A stretch of DNA of 64,000 nt from an uncultured Muribaculaceae bacterium (lineage in GTDB: Bacteria; Bacteroidota; Bacteroidia; Bacteroidales; Muribaculaceae): NCBI GenBank assembly GCA_964628205.1, contig CAZVMM010000009.1, positions 2,226 to 66,225 of the forward strand. Direction: 5' to 3'. The number at the start of each line of letters is the position of its first letter. Within the stretch, counting starts at the first letter, position 1. Below the pieces are notes generated by a model. That model was given only the letters and a program-made list of their open reading frames with translations, searched no databases and was not told the DNA's origin. Of this stretch, positions 1 to 10,200 are shown piece after piece. The translations under genes and the position numbers were made by a program.

Positions 1-1002
1 AGAGGGATACTCCAGCAGATCGGGGAATTCGTGCTCATAGAAGTTAACCCATGCAGGGCAGCACGAAGTCATCACAGGCAGCTTCACATCCTTGTCGCCA
101 GCAAGGAACTTGTTGAGGCGACCCAGGATCTCGTGACCCTCTTCCATGATGGTAAGGTCGGCAGCAAAGTCGGTATCGAAAACATAGTCAAAGCCGAGGT
201 CGCGCAGGGCAGTTGCCATCTTACCTGTAACGATGGTACCGGGCTTCATGCCGAACTCCTCACCCAGGGCAACGCGCACAGCGGGTGCGGGCTGAGCGAT
301 AACCACCTTGTCGGGGTTGGTAAGGTCGTCCATGAGCTGGTTGGTATAGTCATGCTCGGTAAGGGCACCGGTGGGACATACGGCGACACACTGGCCGCAG
401 TAAGTACAATTGGTGTCAACGAACATCTTGTCGAACGTTGGAGCGATAGTGGTGTTGAAACCACGACGGATAGCGCTCAGCACGCCGACCGACTGCACAT
501 TGTTGCAGACACTCTCGCAACGGCGGCAGTAAACACACTTCTCCATGTTGCGCGAGATGGCGGGGGTCAGCTCCTGCTTGCGCTCGCTCTGCTCACCACC
601 GTTATAAGGCATCTGTCGGATGTTGAAGCGCATTACCAGGCGCTGCAATTCACAATCACTGCACTTGGGGCAGGTCAAGCAATCGTTGGGATGGTCGCTA
701 AGCATAAGCTCGGCGACGGTCTTGCGGGCACGGATCACGCGGGCACTGTTGGTGTGAACCACCATACCCGGAGTGACGCGGGTGGCACAGGCGGGAGCCA
801 AATTGCGACGACCTTCAACCTCCACCACACAAATGCGGCAAGAGGCGGGCATGTTCTGCACACAGGTTCCCTCCAGGTCGATGTGGCACAATGTGGGAAT
901 GCTGATGCCAACAGTCTTGGCAGCGTCGAGCAACATCGTTCCGGCAGGCACATTAACCTCATGTTTATCTATAGTGAGATTGATCATATTCTTTTCTTCC
1001 AT
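1..1002 (-). CDS. [FeFe]-hydrogenase catalytic subunit (HydA/HndD-like), N-terminal 334 codons; C-terminus lies beyond the window start
   Basis: Absent from the ORF track because it is open at the edge. My translation from ATG 1002..1000 reads MEEKNMINLTIDKHEVNVPAGTMLLDAAKTVGISIPTLCHIDLEGTCVQNMPASCRICVVEVEGRR (2Fe-2S ferredoxin-type N-terminus). At the window edge it reads PVMTSCCPAWVNFYEHEFPDLL (H-cluster TSCCPxW motif). It starts 16 nt after the stop of the upstream NuoF-like gene. Confidence 0.85.
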   Translation of the reverse strand, partial: MEEKNMINLTIDKHEVNVPAGTMLLDAAKTVGISIPTLCHIDLEGTCVQNMPASCRICVVEVEGRRNLAPACATRVTPGMVVHTNSARVIRARKTVAELMLSDHPNDCLTCPKCSDCELQRLVMRFNIRQMPYNGGEQSERKQELTPAISRNMEKCVYCRRCESVCNNVQSVGVLSAIRRGFNTTIAPTFDKMFVDTNCTYCGQCVAVCPTGALTEHDYTNQLMDDLTNPDKVVIAQPAPAVRVALGEEFGMKPGTIVTGKMATALRDLGFDYVFDTDFAADLTIMEEGHEILGRLNKFLAGDKDVKLPVMTSCCPAWVNFYEHEFPDLLEYPS

Positions 1003-1017
1003 GATGCTATCGAAATT

Positions 1018-2925
1018 TTAATAAACCGAGATGGCGTCGAAGCGGCAATTAGACTTACACATACCGCAGCGGATGCACTCGAAGGGGTTAATAATGTGAG
1101 GTTTGCGCATGTCACCAATAATGGCGTTGGCGGGGCACTTGCGGGCACATGCACCGCAACCCTTACACTTGGATGCCTCAATGCTATAGGTCACGAGAGC
1201 CTTGCACTGCTTTGCACGGCAAGTGTGCTGTTTAACATGCTCAACATACTCATCCCAGAAGTTATTGATGGTCGATAACACAGGATTGGGAGAGGTCTGA
1301 CCCAAACCGCACAGAGCAGTGTCCTTGATGATCTCACCAAGTTCCTTGAGGCGGTCAAGATCGGCCATGGTGCCCTTGCCCTCAGTGATACGGGTAAGAA
1401 TCTCAAGCATACGCTTGTTACCAATGCGGCAGGGAGTGCACTTACCGCAGCTCTCATCAACAGTGAACTCGAGGTAGAATTTGGCCACACTGACCATACA
1501 GTCGTCCTCATCCATGACAATCATACCGCCAGAGCCCATCATTGAGCCGGCAGCAGTTAGGTTCTCGTAGTCGATGGGAGTGTCCAAGTGTTTCTGAGTC
1601 AAGCAGCCTCCCGAGGGGCCACCAGTCTGCACGGCCTTGAATTCCTTATCGTTCTTCACGCCACCGCCGATGTCGTAAATGATCTCGCGCAGGGTAGTAC
1701 CCATGGGCACCTCAATCAGGCCCACATTATTAATTTTACCAGCAAGAGCAAACACCTTAGTGCCCTTGCTCTTTTCGGTACCAATCGAAGCGAACCAATC
1801 AGCGCCCTTGGTCAGAATGATGGGCACGTTGGCCAGCGTCTCGACATTATTCACGTTGGTAGGCTTCATGTTATAACCAGCCTCGGCAGGGAACGGCGGT
1901 TTCAGGGTGGGCTCGCCACGCTTACCCTCCATCGAGTGGATAAGGGCAGTCTCCTCACCGCAGACAAACGCGCCCGCGCCGTAACGGATTTCGATATCAA
2001 AGTCAAAGTCGGTACCCAGGATCTTCTTGCCGAGCAAGCCATATTCACGAGCCTGCTGGATGGCAATCTTCAAGCGGTGCACAGCCAGCGGGTACTCAGC
2101 ACGGATGTAGATCAGACCCTTGTGCGCATTGATACAGAAACCGCAAATGGTCATCGCTTCGATCACCGAGTTGGGATCACCCTCCATGATGGAGCGATCC
2201 ATGAATGCGCCGGGGTCGCCCTCGTCAGCATTGCAGACAACATACTTCTCGTCAGCCTCATAGCCACGGGCAAAGCCCCACTTCATGCCAGTAGGGAAGC
2301 CTGCGCCACCACGGCCACGCAGTCCCGAAGCCTTGATGATGTCAATCACCTCCTCAGGGGTCTGGTTCAGCAGGGCATTGGCGATTGCCTGATAACCGTC
2401 ACGAGCGATGTACTCCTCAATATTCTCGGGATCGATAAAGCCGCAATTACGCAGGGCAATACGCATCTGCTTGCGGTAGAAGTCCATGTGCTTGCTGTCA
2501 CTGACGGCCTTCTGGGTCTTGGGATCGACATAGAGCAGACGCTCCACTCGGCGGCCACCGATGATGTGCTCCTTGACAATCTCCACAGCATCCTCGGGCT
2601 TCACCTGGGTATAGAAGGTGTTGTCCGGAATGATCTTGACAATGGGGCCTTTCTCACAGAAGCCGAAGCAGCCAGTCGTGATAACCTCAACCTTGTCGGC
2701 AATACCATTCTCAATGAGAGCGGCCTTGAGGTTTTCTACAATCTTGTAACTGTTGGACGCCTTACAGCCTGTACCACCACAGCACAGCACCTGCAAGTGT
2801 TCAGCTCCAGTTGCAAGACCACAACACTGCTCTGACACAGAATCAGAGCTCTCCTCGCGAAGCGAGAGCGCTTGCTGCGCACGCTTCCTTAAATTGTTTA
2901 GGTCGTTAATCGAAAGTATCTTCAC
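1018..2925 (-). CDS. NADH-dependent hydrogenase flavoprotein subunit (HydB/HndC, NuoF family)
   Basis: 635-aa ORF. N-terminal thioredoxin-like 2Fe-2S motif (CCGGTGC...GCFGFCEKGP). NuoF FMN/NADH core (GLRGRGGAGFPTGMKW). C-terminal 2x[4Fe-4S] ferredoxin motifs (CKGCGACARKCP, CIRCGMCKSNC). Confidence 0.9.
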   Translation of the reverse strand: MKILSINDLNNLRKRAQQALSLREESSDSVSEQCCGLATGAEHLQVLCCGGTGCKASNSYKIVENLKAALIENGIADKVEVITTGCFGFCEKGPIVKIIPDNTFYTQVKPEDAVEIVKEHIIGGRRVERLLYVDPKTQKAVSDSKHMDFYRKQMRIALRNCGFIDPENIEEYIARDGYQAIANALLNQTPEEVIDIIKASGLRGRGGAGFPTGMKWGFARGYEADEKYVVCNADEGDPGAFMDRSIMEGDPNSVIEAMTICGFCINAHKGLIYIRAEYPLAVHRLKIAIQQAREYGLLGKKILGTDFDFDIEIRYGAGAFVCGEETALIHSMEGKRGEPTLKPPFPAEAGYNMKPTNVNNVETLANVPIILTKGADWFASIGTEKSKGTKVFALAGKINNVGLIEVPMGTTLREIIYDIGGGVKNDKEFKAVQTGGPSGGCLTQKHLDTPIDYENLTAAGSMMGSGGMIVMDEDDCMVSVAKFYLEFTVDESCGKCTPCRIGNKRMLEILTRITEGKGTMADLDRLKELGEIIKDTALCGLGQTSPNPVLSTINNFWDEYVEHVKQHTCRAKQCKALVTYSIEASKCKGCGACARKCPANAIIGDMRKPHIINPFECIRCGMCKSNCRFDAISVY

Positions 2926-3103
2926 TTTGTTTGAGATGAATTAGTTATAGTTGGTGATATGTTTAAGATTTCGTTTGGTTTTCAGGGTGTAAAATTACTC
3001 AGTTTTTTTAAATTATGGAAATTTTTACACAATTATTTACTCAAAATGGGGGAAATCCCGTTTTTGCGCTGTATTTAAGTCACAACAACCAACCCTAGTG
3101 ATG

Positions 3104-3147
3104 AAAAAATTGCCGGCAACCACACTGCGGAAGCGTGATGCCGGCAA
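3104..3147 (-). terminator. rho-independent terminator of rpsA
   Basis: 9-bp GC-rich stem TTGCCGGCA/TGCCGGCAA (3110..3118 and 3139..3147). On the minus strand it is followed by TTTTTT (A-run 3104..3109). Lies 29 nt after the rpsA stop. Confidence 0.7.
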
Positions 3148-3175
3148 CATGAGTTGCGATTTTGATCAGGAGGGA

Positions 3176-4978
3176 TTATTCCTCGCTCTTGCCTTCGTTC
3201 TTCTCGAGCTGAGCCTTAAGGGCAGCCAGGTCGGTCACGTCACCCAGAGTGGTCTTCTCGACCTGGGGAGCGGCGGGAGCGGCCTCGGCAGCGGGCTTGC
3301 TGGCAGCTGCCTGACGGCGAGCCTTGCGAGCCTCGTTGCGCTGCTCATCCTCAAAGATGCGGCTGTGCGACAGAATGATGTGCTTGCTGTCCTTGTTAAA
3401 GTCAATGACCTTGAACATCAGGGTCTCACCCTGCTTGGCGGTGGTACCGTCTTCCTTGGTCAGGTGCTTGGGGGTAGCAAAGCCCTCAACGCCGTAGGGA
3501 TCCAGACGGATCTGGCCGCCACGCTCGGTAAGCTCGCTGATAGTACCCTCGTGTACACTGCCACGGGTAAAGATGGTCTCGTAAGTCTCCCAAGGATTCT
3601 CCTCGAGCTGCTTGTGACCCAAGCTCAGGCGACGGTTCTCCTTATCGATGTCGAGAACGACAACGTCGATGGGAGCCTCAACCTTAGTGAACTCGCTGGG
3701 GTGCTTGATCTTCTTGGTCCACGACAAGTCGCTGATGTGAATCAGGCCCTCAACGCCCTCTTCCATCTCAACAAAGATACCGAAGTTGGTGAAGTTGCGC
3801 ACCTTGGCGGTGTGCTTGCTGCCAACGGGGTACTTCTCCTCGATGGTGTCCCAAGGATCGTTGGTGAGTTGCTTGATGCCCAGCGACATCTTGCGGTCCT
3901 CGCGGTCCAGAGCCAGGATAACGGCCTCGACCTCGTCGCCCACCTTCATGAAGTCCTGTGCAGGACGGAGGCGCTGTGACCAGCTCATCTCGCTCACGTG
4001 AATCAGGCCCTCAACACCGGGAGCCACCTCAACAAATGCACCGTAGTCGTACATAACGACAACCTTGCCCTTGATGTGGTCACCCACCTTGAGGTTGGGA
4101 TCCAGAGCGTCCCAGGGATGGGGCTGCAGCTGCTTCAGACCCAGAGCGATGCGGTTCTTCTCCTCGTTGAAGTCGAGGATAACGACATTGAGCTTCTGCT
4201 CGGGTTGAACGATGTCGGCGGGATTGTTAACACGACCCCACGACAGATCGGTGATGTGAATCAGACCGTCCACGCCACCCAGGTCGATGAACACACCATA
4301 GTTGGTGATGTTCTTAACGGTACCCTCGAGTACCTGACCCTTCTCGAGCTTGGACATGATCTCTTTCTTCTGCTGTTCGAGCTCGGCCTCGATGAGTGCC
4401 TTGTGGCTCACAACAACATTGCGGAAGTCCTGGTTGATCTTCACGATCTTGAACTCCATGGTCTTGTCAACGTAGTCATCGTAGTTGCGGATGGGTCGCA
4501 CGTCGATCTGAGAACCGGGCAGGAAAGCCTCGATGCCAAACACGTCGACAATCATACCGCCCTTAGTGCGGCACTTGATGTAACCCTTGATGACCTCGTT
4601 CTTCTCAAGCGCTTCGTTAACGCGGTCCCAGCTCTTGGCCTGGCGTGCACGCTTGTGCGACAGCACGAGCTGACCCTTCTTGTCCTCGCGGTTCTCAACG
4701 TATACCTCAACGGTATCGCCCACCTTCAGGTCAGGGTTGTAACGGAACTCGCTAACGGGAATGATGCCGTCCGACTTGGCACCGATGTTAACCACCACCT
4801 CGCGCTTGTTAATCGAGATGACAGTACCTTCGGTAACTTCGTTCTCCTGAAAAGCGTTCAGGGACTTGTCGTAGGTTTTTTCCAGTTCTTCAAAAGATTT
4901 GTCTCTTTTGGTCTCGCCTTTCTCATAGGCGTCCCAATCAAAATCGGCGATTGGAGAATTTTTTAATTCTTCGCTCAT
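3176..4978 (-). CDS. rpsA: 30S ribosomal protein S1
   Basis: 600 aa with six S1-type OB repeats (e.g. GTVISINKREVVVNIG, GYIKCRTKGGMIVDV, GTVKNITNYGVFIDLG). Confidence 0.97.
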   Translation of the reverse strand: MSEELKNSPIADFDWDAYEKGETKRDKSFEELEKTYDKSLNAFQENEVTEGTVISINKREVVVNIGAKSDGIIPVSEFRYNPDLKVGDTVEVYVENREDKKGQLVLSHKRARQAKSWDRVNEALEKNEVIKGYIKCRTKGGMIVDVFGIEAFLPGSQIDVRPIRNYDDYVDKTMEFKIVKINQDFRNVVVSHKALIEAELEQQKKEIMSKLEKGQVLEGTVKNITNYGVFIDLGGVDGLIHITDLSWGRVNNPADIVQPEQKLNVVILDFNEEKNRIALGLKQLQPHPWDALDPNLKVGDHIKGKVVVMYDYGAFVEVAPGVEGLIHVSEMSWSQRLRPAQDFMKVGDEVEAVILALDREDRKMSLGIKQLTNDPWDTIEEKYPVGSKHTAKVRNFTNFGIFVEMEEGVEGLIHISDLSWTKKIKHPSEFTKVEAPIDVVVLDIDKENRRLSLGHKQLEENPWETYETIFTRGSVHEGTISELTERGGQIRLDPYGVEGFATPKHLTKEDGTTAKQGETLMFKVIDFNKDSKHIILSHSRIFEDEQRNEARKARRQAAASKPAAEAAPAAPQVEKTTLGDVTDLAALKAQLEKNEGKSEE

Positions 4979-5042
4979 TTAAAAAGTTAATAATAAGTTA
5001 GTTAAACAGCCTTTTCGGACTCGTTCCCGAAAAGCGCGACTG

Positions 5043-5050
5043 CAAAGGTA
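5043..5050 (-). promoter_or_regulatory. -7 box TACCTTTG (Bacteroides sigma-A consensus TAnnTTTG) for rpsA
   Basis: CAAAGGTA on the + strand, 65 nt upstream of the rpsA ATG. Divergent to the prs promoter. Confidence 0.55.
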
Positions 5051-5156
5051 CACATTTTTATTTATTCACAAGCCACAGAGGAGTAATTTTTTTCATTTTT
5101 CATCAAATAATGAGTTTTTTACGTCTCGTCTTGCTGTTTTTGTGATAGAAATTGCC

Positions 5157-5164
5157 TACCTTTG
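5157..5164 (+). promoter_or_regulatory. -7 box TACCTTTG for prs
   Basis: Exact TAnnTTTG match 63 nt upstream of ATG 5227. A TTTG lies at 5139..5142. Confidence 0.55.
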
Positions 5165-5226
5165 CCACATAGAACCCAAAAAACTCTAAACTCTATATAC
5201 TCAAAACTTTTAAACTATCATTTATC

Positions 5227-6162
5227 ATGGCTGAATTAAAAGTCTTCTCGGGCACCAATTCCCGTTATGTGGCGCTGAAAATAGCTGAGAAACTGGGCGT
5301 GGAACTGGGCAAGATCAACATCCTGCACTTTGCCGACGGCGAGTTTGAGGTATGCTATGAGGAGCCAGTGCGCGGTGCCGAAGTCTATCTGGTGCAGTCC
5401 ACATTTAATAGCAGTGAGAATCTCATGGAACTCCTGCTGATGATTGACGCCGCTAAGCGTGCCTCGGCCCACAAAGTCATTGCCGTTGTCCCCTATTTCG
5501 GCTGGGCTCGCCAGGACCGCAAGGACAAACCCCGCGTGTCCATTGCCGCCAAGCTGGTAGCCAACCTGCTCATCGCTGCGGGCATCGACCGCTTGATCAC
5601 GATGGACCTGCACGCTGATCAGATCCAGGGCTTCTTTGACGTGCCTGTCGACCACTTGTATGCCTCCACCATGTTTGTCCCCGACATCGCTTCACTGGGA
5701 CTGAAGGACATGGTGATTGCTTCGCCCGACGTGGGCGGTGCCAAGCGCGCCAATTCCTACGCCAAGTACTTCAACGCCCCCTTGGTGCTGTGCCACAAGC
5801 ACCGGCTGCAGGCCAATGTCGTTGAGAGCATGACCATCATCGGAGACGTCAAGGACAAGGACGTTATCCTCATTGATGATATGGTCGACACCGCAGGCAC
5901 CATCTGCAAGGCAGCCACCCTGATGAAGGATAATGGTGCACGCAGCGTGCGTGCCTACATCTCACATGCCGTGATGAGTGATCCTGCCAGCGAACGCGTG
6001 ATGGCTAGCGGCCTCGATGAACTCGTAACCAGCGACAGTATCCCCTTTGACGTCGACCGCTGCCCTAAGGTGCGCGTCCTCAGCGTCGATGGGCTGTTCG
6101 CAAGCACCATCCGCCACGTGAACCGTCGTGAGTCGATCAGCGAAGTGTTCTTGTTCAAATAA
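5227..6162 (+). CDS. prs: ribose-phosphate pyrophosphokinase
   Basis: 311 aa. PRPP synthetase motifs VVPYFGWARQDRK and ILIDDMVDTAGT. Confidence 0.97.
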   Translation: MAELKVFSGTNSRYVALKIAEKLGVELGKINILHFADGEFEVCYEEPVRGAEVYLVQSTFNSSENLMELLLMIDAAKRASAHKVIAVVPYFGWARQDRKDKPRVSIAAKLVANLLIAAGIDRLITMDLHADQIQGFFDVPVDHLYASTMFVPDIASLGLKDMVIASPDVGGAKRANSYAKYFNAPLVLCHKHRLQANVVESMTIIGDVKDKDVILIDDMVDTAGTICKAATLMKDNGARSVRAYISHAVMSDPASERVMASGLDELVTSDSIPFDVDRCPKVRVLSVDGLFASTIRHVNRRESISEVFLFK

Positions 6163-6202
6163 TATCGGGCAAATTCCGTTAGCCTGCTAACCGTTATACA
6201 TC

Positions 6203-6242
6203 GGGAGACAGTCGTCAGTTGGCTGTTTCCCGCTTTTTTTGT
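6203..6242 (+). terminator. rho-independent terminator of prs
   Basis: Stem GGGAGACAG/CTGTTTCCC (one G-U pair) followed by GCTTTTTTT. Confidence 0.75.
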
Positions 6243-6302
6243 TTAGAGAGAAAAAATATTACAGTTTGCGATTTTTAAATGGTCTTCACTTGTTATTTCC
6301 AT

Positions 6303-6320
6303 TATTTTTGATTAATTTTG
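6303..6320 (+). promoter_or_regulatory. two tandem -7 boxes (TATTTTTG, TAATTTTG) upstream of the TolB-like/amidase pair
   Basis: Exact TAnnTTTG matches at 6303..6310 and 6313..6320, 82-92 nt upstream of ATG 6402. Confidence 0.45.
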
Positions 6321-6401
6321 CTGCATTCTATTACTCGCCGGATATTAATAGTAGTTTTATATGACCAATTTTGTTTAACTTTAATCATTAACCTTTTTAT
6401 T

Positions 6402-7298
6402 ATGATGAGAAAAATACTATTCGCATTGGCGTTAGGTTTCTCGTTGAGTGCAATGGGACAGGTACTGACCGTATTGTCTGTTGACAAGGTCAATCTGCCA
6501 GAGCGCGCTACCGTAGCGGCAATCAGCCCGCAAGGCGATTATCTGCTGTTGACAAGCGCGACCAACCGTGGCCTAACCTGGTTCGACCTAACTACAAGCA
6601 AGACCCGCGAGCTGACCACCGCATCCAGCGCCGGGCACAACGTCAAAATCTCACCAGACGGCCAAACGGTCATCTATCGTGAGAGCACAATTAATGATAA
6701 GCACTTGAGGTATTCAACTCTCAAGAGCCTGAATTTGGAATCCGGGACCAGCCAAGTGCTTGTTAAGCCCACACGTGACCTGCAGGGTTATGATGTGGGT
6801 GCGACGAGCGCCGGCATTGTCAACAAGGGCAAGTACAGCAAGAAGTCCACAGGCAAAGACAAAGCTGAGAATCAGCCCGTATTGTCCATCGTTAAGGGCC
6901 AGTTGATGATCACAATCGATGGAAAGACACGAGACTTATCCCCCAATGGACATGGATTCAGCTACATGTGGCCATCCCTGTCACCCGATGGCAATAAGGT
7001 GCTCTTCTATCAGGCTGCTCACGGAGCATACGTCTGCAATCTTGACGGCAGTGGCGTCTGCAAAGTGGGCCAGATGCGCTCACCAGTGTGGTATGACAAC
7101 AACACGATCGTCGGCATGATGGATCAGGACGACGGAGAGTTCATCTATGCTTCGACCATTGTTGCTGCCACCCTCGACGGCAAGTCGCAGGTACTTACCG
7201 ACGGCACCACAATAGCCATGTACCCGCATGCCTGTGCCGGCAAAATCGTCTTCAGCACCCCTGCAGGCGAAGCATTTATTATTAATGTGACTAAATGA
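6402..7298 (+). CDS. secreted TolB-like (PD40/WD40-like) beta-propeller protein
   Basis: The ORF track starts at 6318. ATG 6402 gives the signal peptide MMRKILFALALGFSLSAMGQ. PD40-like SPDG repeats are present (ISPDGQTVIY, LSPDGNKVLFY). The stop overlaps the next start (ATGA). Confidence 0.7.
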   Translation: MMRKILFALALGFSLSAMGQVLTVLSVDKVNLPERATVAAISPQGDYLLLTSATNRGLTWFDLTTSKTRELTTASSAGHNVKISPDGQTVIYRESTINDKHLRYSTLKSLNLESGTSQVLVKPTRDLQGYDVGATSAGIVNKGKYSKKSTGKDKAENQPVLSIVKGQLMITIDGKTRDLSPNGHGFSYMWPSLSPDGNKVLFYQAAHGAYVCNLDGSGVCKVGQMRSPVWYDNNTIVGMMDQDDGEFIYASTIVAATLDGKSQVLTDGTTIAMYPHACAGKIVFSTPAGEAFIINVTK

Positions 7299-10200
7299 TG
7301 ACCGCTATGAAAAAGATAATATTACTTGCCGTAGCCGCCATCATGGCAGCAGGCACAATGCAGGCCAAGACAGCCGACGAGATCCGCATCTACCTGAATC
7401 CAGGTCATGGCAGCTGGGGACCGAATGACCGCCCGATGGCCACCATCCCCTACCCCAACCTGCCCGAAACCGGCCGTCCTGACACGAACGGTTTCTATGA
7501 GTCGAACACCAATTTGTGGAAATCCATTCAGACCCGTGCAACCCTGATCAAAATGGGTGTAAAGGCCGATAACATCACCATGTCGCGGTGGTTCAATGGC
7601 CCATATCCCTATGTGTCAGGAGCACCCGATGCCGAAATCTACAACCGTCCCTTGTCAGAAATCTGTGAAGAGGTGGAAGTGGGCAATTATGACATGTTCC
7701 TGTCTCATCACTCTAATGCGTCGACCGACGGCACCGCGACCAATTATCCGCTGATACTGTATCGCGGCAAGGATGGCTCAGGTGGCGACTATGCCGCCGG
7801 CAGCCGCGACATGGCTCAGGTGTGCTGGCCGTTATTCTACACCAACGAGATTGACGTGATGAACTACTATGGGCCCGGCAACCCCAACATCAGGGGAGAT
7901 ATCGACTTTTATGGCAGTTCATCGACCCGTGTTGACCCGAATACAGGAAATGCCTATACCGGTTATCTGGGCGTGCTCAAGCATGGTGCTCCCGGGTTCT
8001 TGATTGAGGGTTATTTCCACACTTATCAGCCTGCACGACACCGTGCGCTGAATATTGACTACTGCCATCAAGAGGGTGTGCGTATCGCACGTGGTATCGG
8101 CCAGTACTTCGGTCTTAATCCCGAGACAACAGGCTATATCATGGGTAGCGTGAAAGACGTTCACAACCACTTGATTCACAATCTGTACAAGTACAGCGCT
8201 GGTAGTGTTGACCAGTGGGCTCCCATTAATGGGGCCACGGTAACCCTGTATAAGGGAGGAGACCTGGTCGACAGCTACAAGACCGACGAGTTGTATAATG
8301 GTGTCTTCGTGTTTGAGAACTTGGAACCGGGGACCTACACGATAAGCGTGGAAGCAGAGGGCTTCAAGCCACTGGGCGAATACACTGCAGCAACCGTTGA
8401 CGGGCAGTGGCAGAACCTCATATCTCAGGCGGCAGGCCCCATTGTTGTCGAGGCCAATAAAACGTCCTACGCGATGCCCCTGCTCGAGGCCACCGACTAT
8501 GAGATTCCCACCGACTTGTATCCCAACTATCCAGAGCCTGAATTGCCAGGCTATGTGTGCGCACCGGGAGAATTGTATCTGGAACATGACAACGGCACAG
8601 AGTATGACCTGGAAGGAACCATCAAGCGAATGCTCGTCCGTGGCGACAGCACAATCGTGCTCACCAATGGTCAGGGCGGTATGCCTCACGTCTACTTGAT
8701 CAACAATGTCGACAAGGTCATTATCAAGCAGTTGAGTATCAATGGTATTGCCGAGAGCGAACCCGATAACGCCGGATTCTATAGCCGATTGAACGACATC
8801 AGTTTCACCGCCGACGGACTACTCGTGGGCATGAATAGTGTTATGACCCAGTATAGCGGCGATCAGGTTGACGAAGGATTTACCCGAGGCACGCTGCGTC
8901 TGTTTAAGTGGGCCGACTTTGATAGCGATCCAGTCCAGTGGGTAAGCACACAGAGTTCAGCCAACTTCTATCGTTTCCGTCCCCAGGCACTGACCATCGA
9001 CGGCCCGTCGGATGACTGCTTGGTAACGATTATCGGCACCAATGCCAGCAGCACCGTAGGTGGCATGAGGTTCCTGAAACTCGCCATTACCAGCGACCAA
9101 ATTTCCAGCACGATTTACACAGAGAAGACCATCAGCGCTAACAGCAACTTCACATTGCCCAAGGTGGGTGAACCCGTCTTGACCTTGTCACCACGGAGCG
9201 ATGATAACGTTGTGCTTGATGGTGCCGTGACGCTGCCGTTCGAGGTTGCCACAGCTACTGCCAACGGTGTTGACAGCGAAGTTGTCGGCCGCATGCAGGG
9301 CGATGAGGACGATGCGGCAGCAGTGGGCGTGTCCTTCTTCAAGTATGCTCAGCACCAGTACATGGTGACCCCCTACATGAACGAGAGCGCTGTTGGCGGC
9401 ATCAAGCTCTATGACATCACCGCCGGACTTGACCAGGCCGCACTGGTAAGCACCACTAACACTGACTTGCCCCCTGTGGCATGCGATTTCATGTCGACAG
9501 GTGCTGCCGTCAAGGGTCAGGACATTATCCTGTACCTGATGCAAGACAGCAAGATCACCAAGTGGATGGCAGCTGCTGCATCCCAGCCCGCAGTGCCAGG
9601 CATCTATGCCTACGGCTTGGATGCTGTTGCCGATGGTGACACCTATTGCTTTACCTTCAATGCTAATAGTGCCGCCGAGCAGGCGTACATTAGTCTCATG
9701 GATGCCGATGGCAACGTCGTCGCCACTATCCCGGTGCCCGATGTTGTAGAGGGCGCGAACAGCATAACCGTTGATATGAATGATATTGATGCCGAGCCGG
9801 GAGCCGAACTCACGTGGACCGTGACGCTCGAGGGCAAGGACATCAACACCATCACCCGCATCAATCCGCTGGTCGAGACCTACGAAGGACAACTCTTTGT
9901 CGCTGTCGACAAGTCGCCCTGCAGCCCTGCAATGGGAACTATCTATGCCGGCAACCGAACGGGTAGCGGCAGCGCCACCAACGGCGTGTACGTCTGTGAT
10001 GCCATGGGTCAGCGCGTGAGTGGAGACCTGTACCGTGGAGGACACTCCTGGAGCAGCAATTACCGCATGGCAGTGGACACTCAGGGTAAACTCTATGTGC
10101 CCGATTGGGGCGACGGCACCTCGGGCGTATACATTGCCGAACCCGACAACATCGACGGCGATTGGACAGAATTCTTTATTGGCACACGCCAGAGTAGCGG

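Noticed and set aside
31-1278. Long ORFs antisense to, or in alternative frames of, recognised genes. Examples: 31..1278+, 1588..2835+, 3098..3979+, 3998..4966+, 7919..8689-, 9188..10381-, 15356..16402+, 16448..17566+, 19844..20668-, 21891..22868-, 34764..35489+, 37924..38670+, 43541..44863+, 45550..46413+, 47792..49306+, 49800..51470+, 53655..54602+, 56649..57743+.
   Set aside because: Each lies opposite or overlapping a gene with clear family motifs. Their translations are low-complexity (rich in L/V/A/G/H/D/R) with no recognisable motifs, as expected for shadow ORFs in GC-rich coding DNA.
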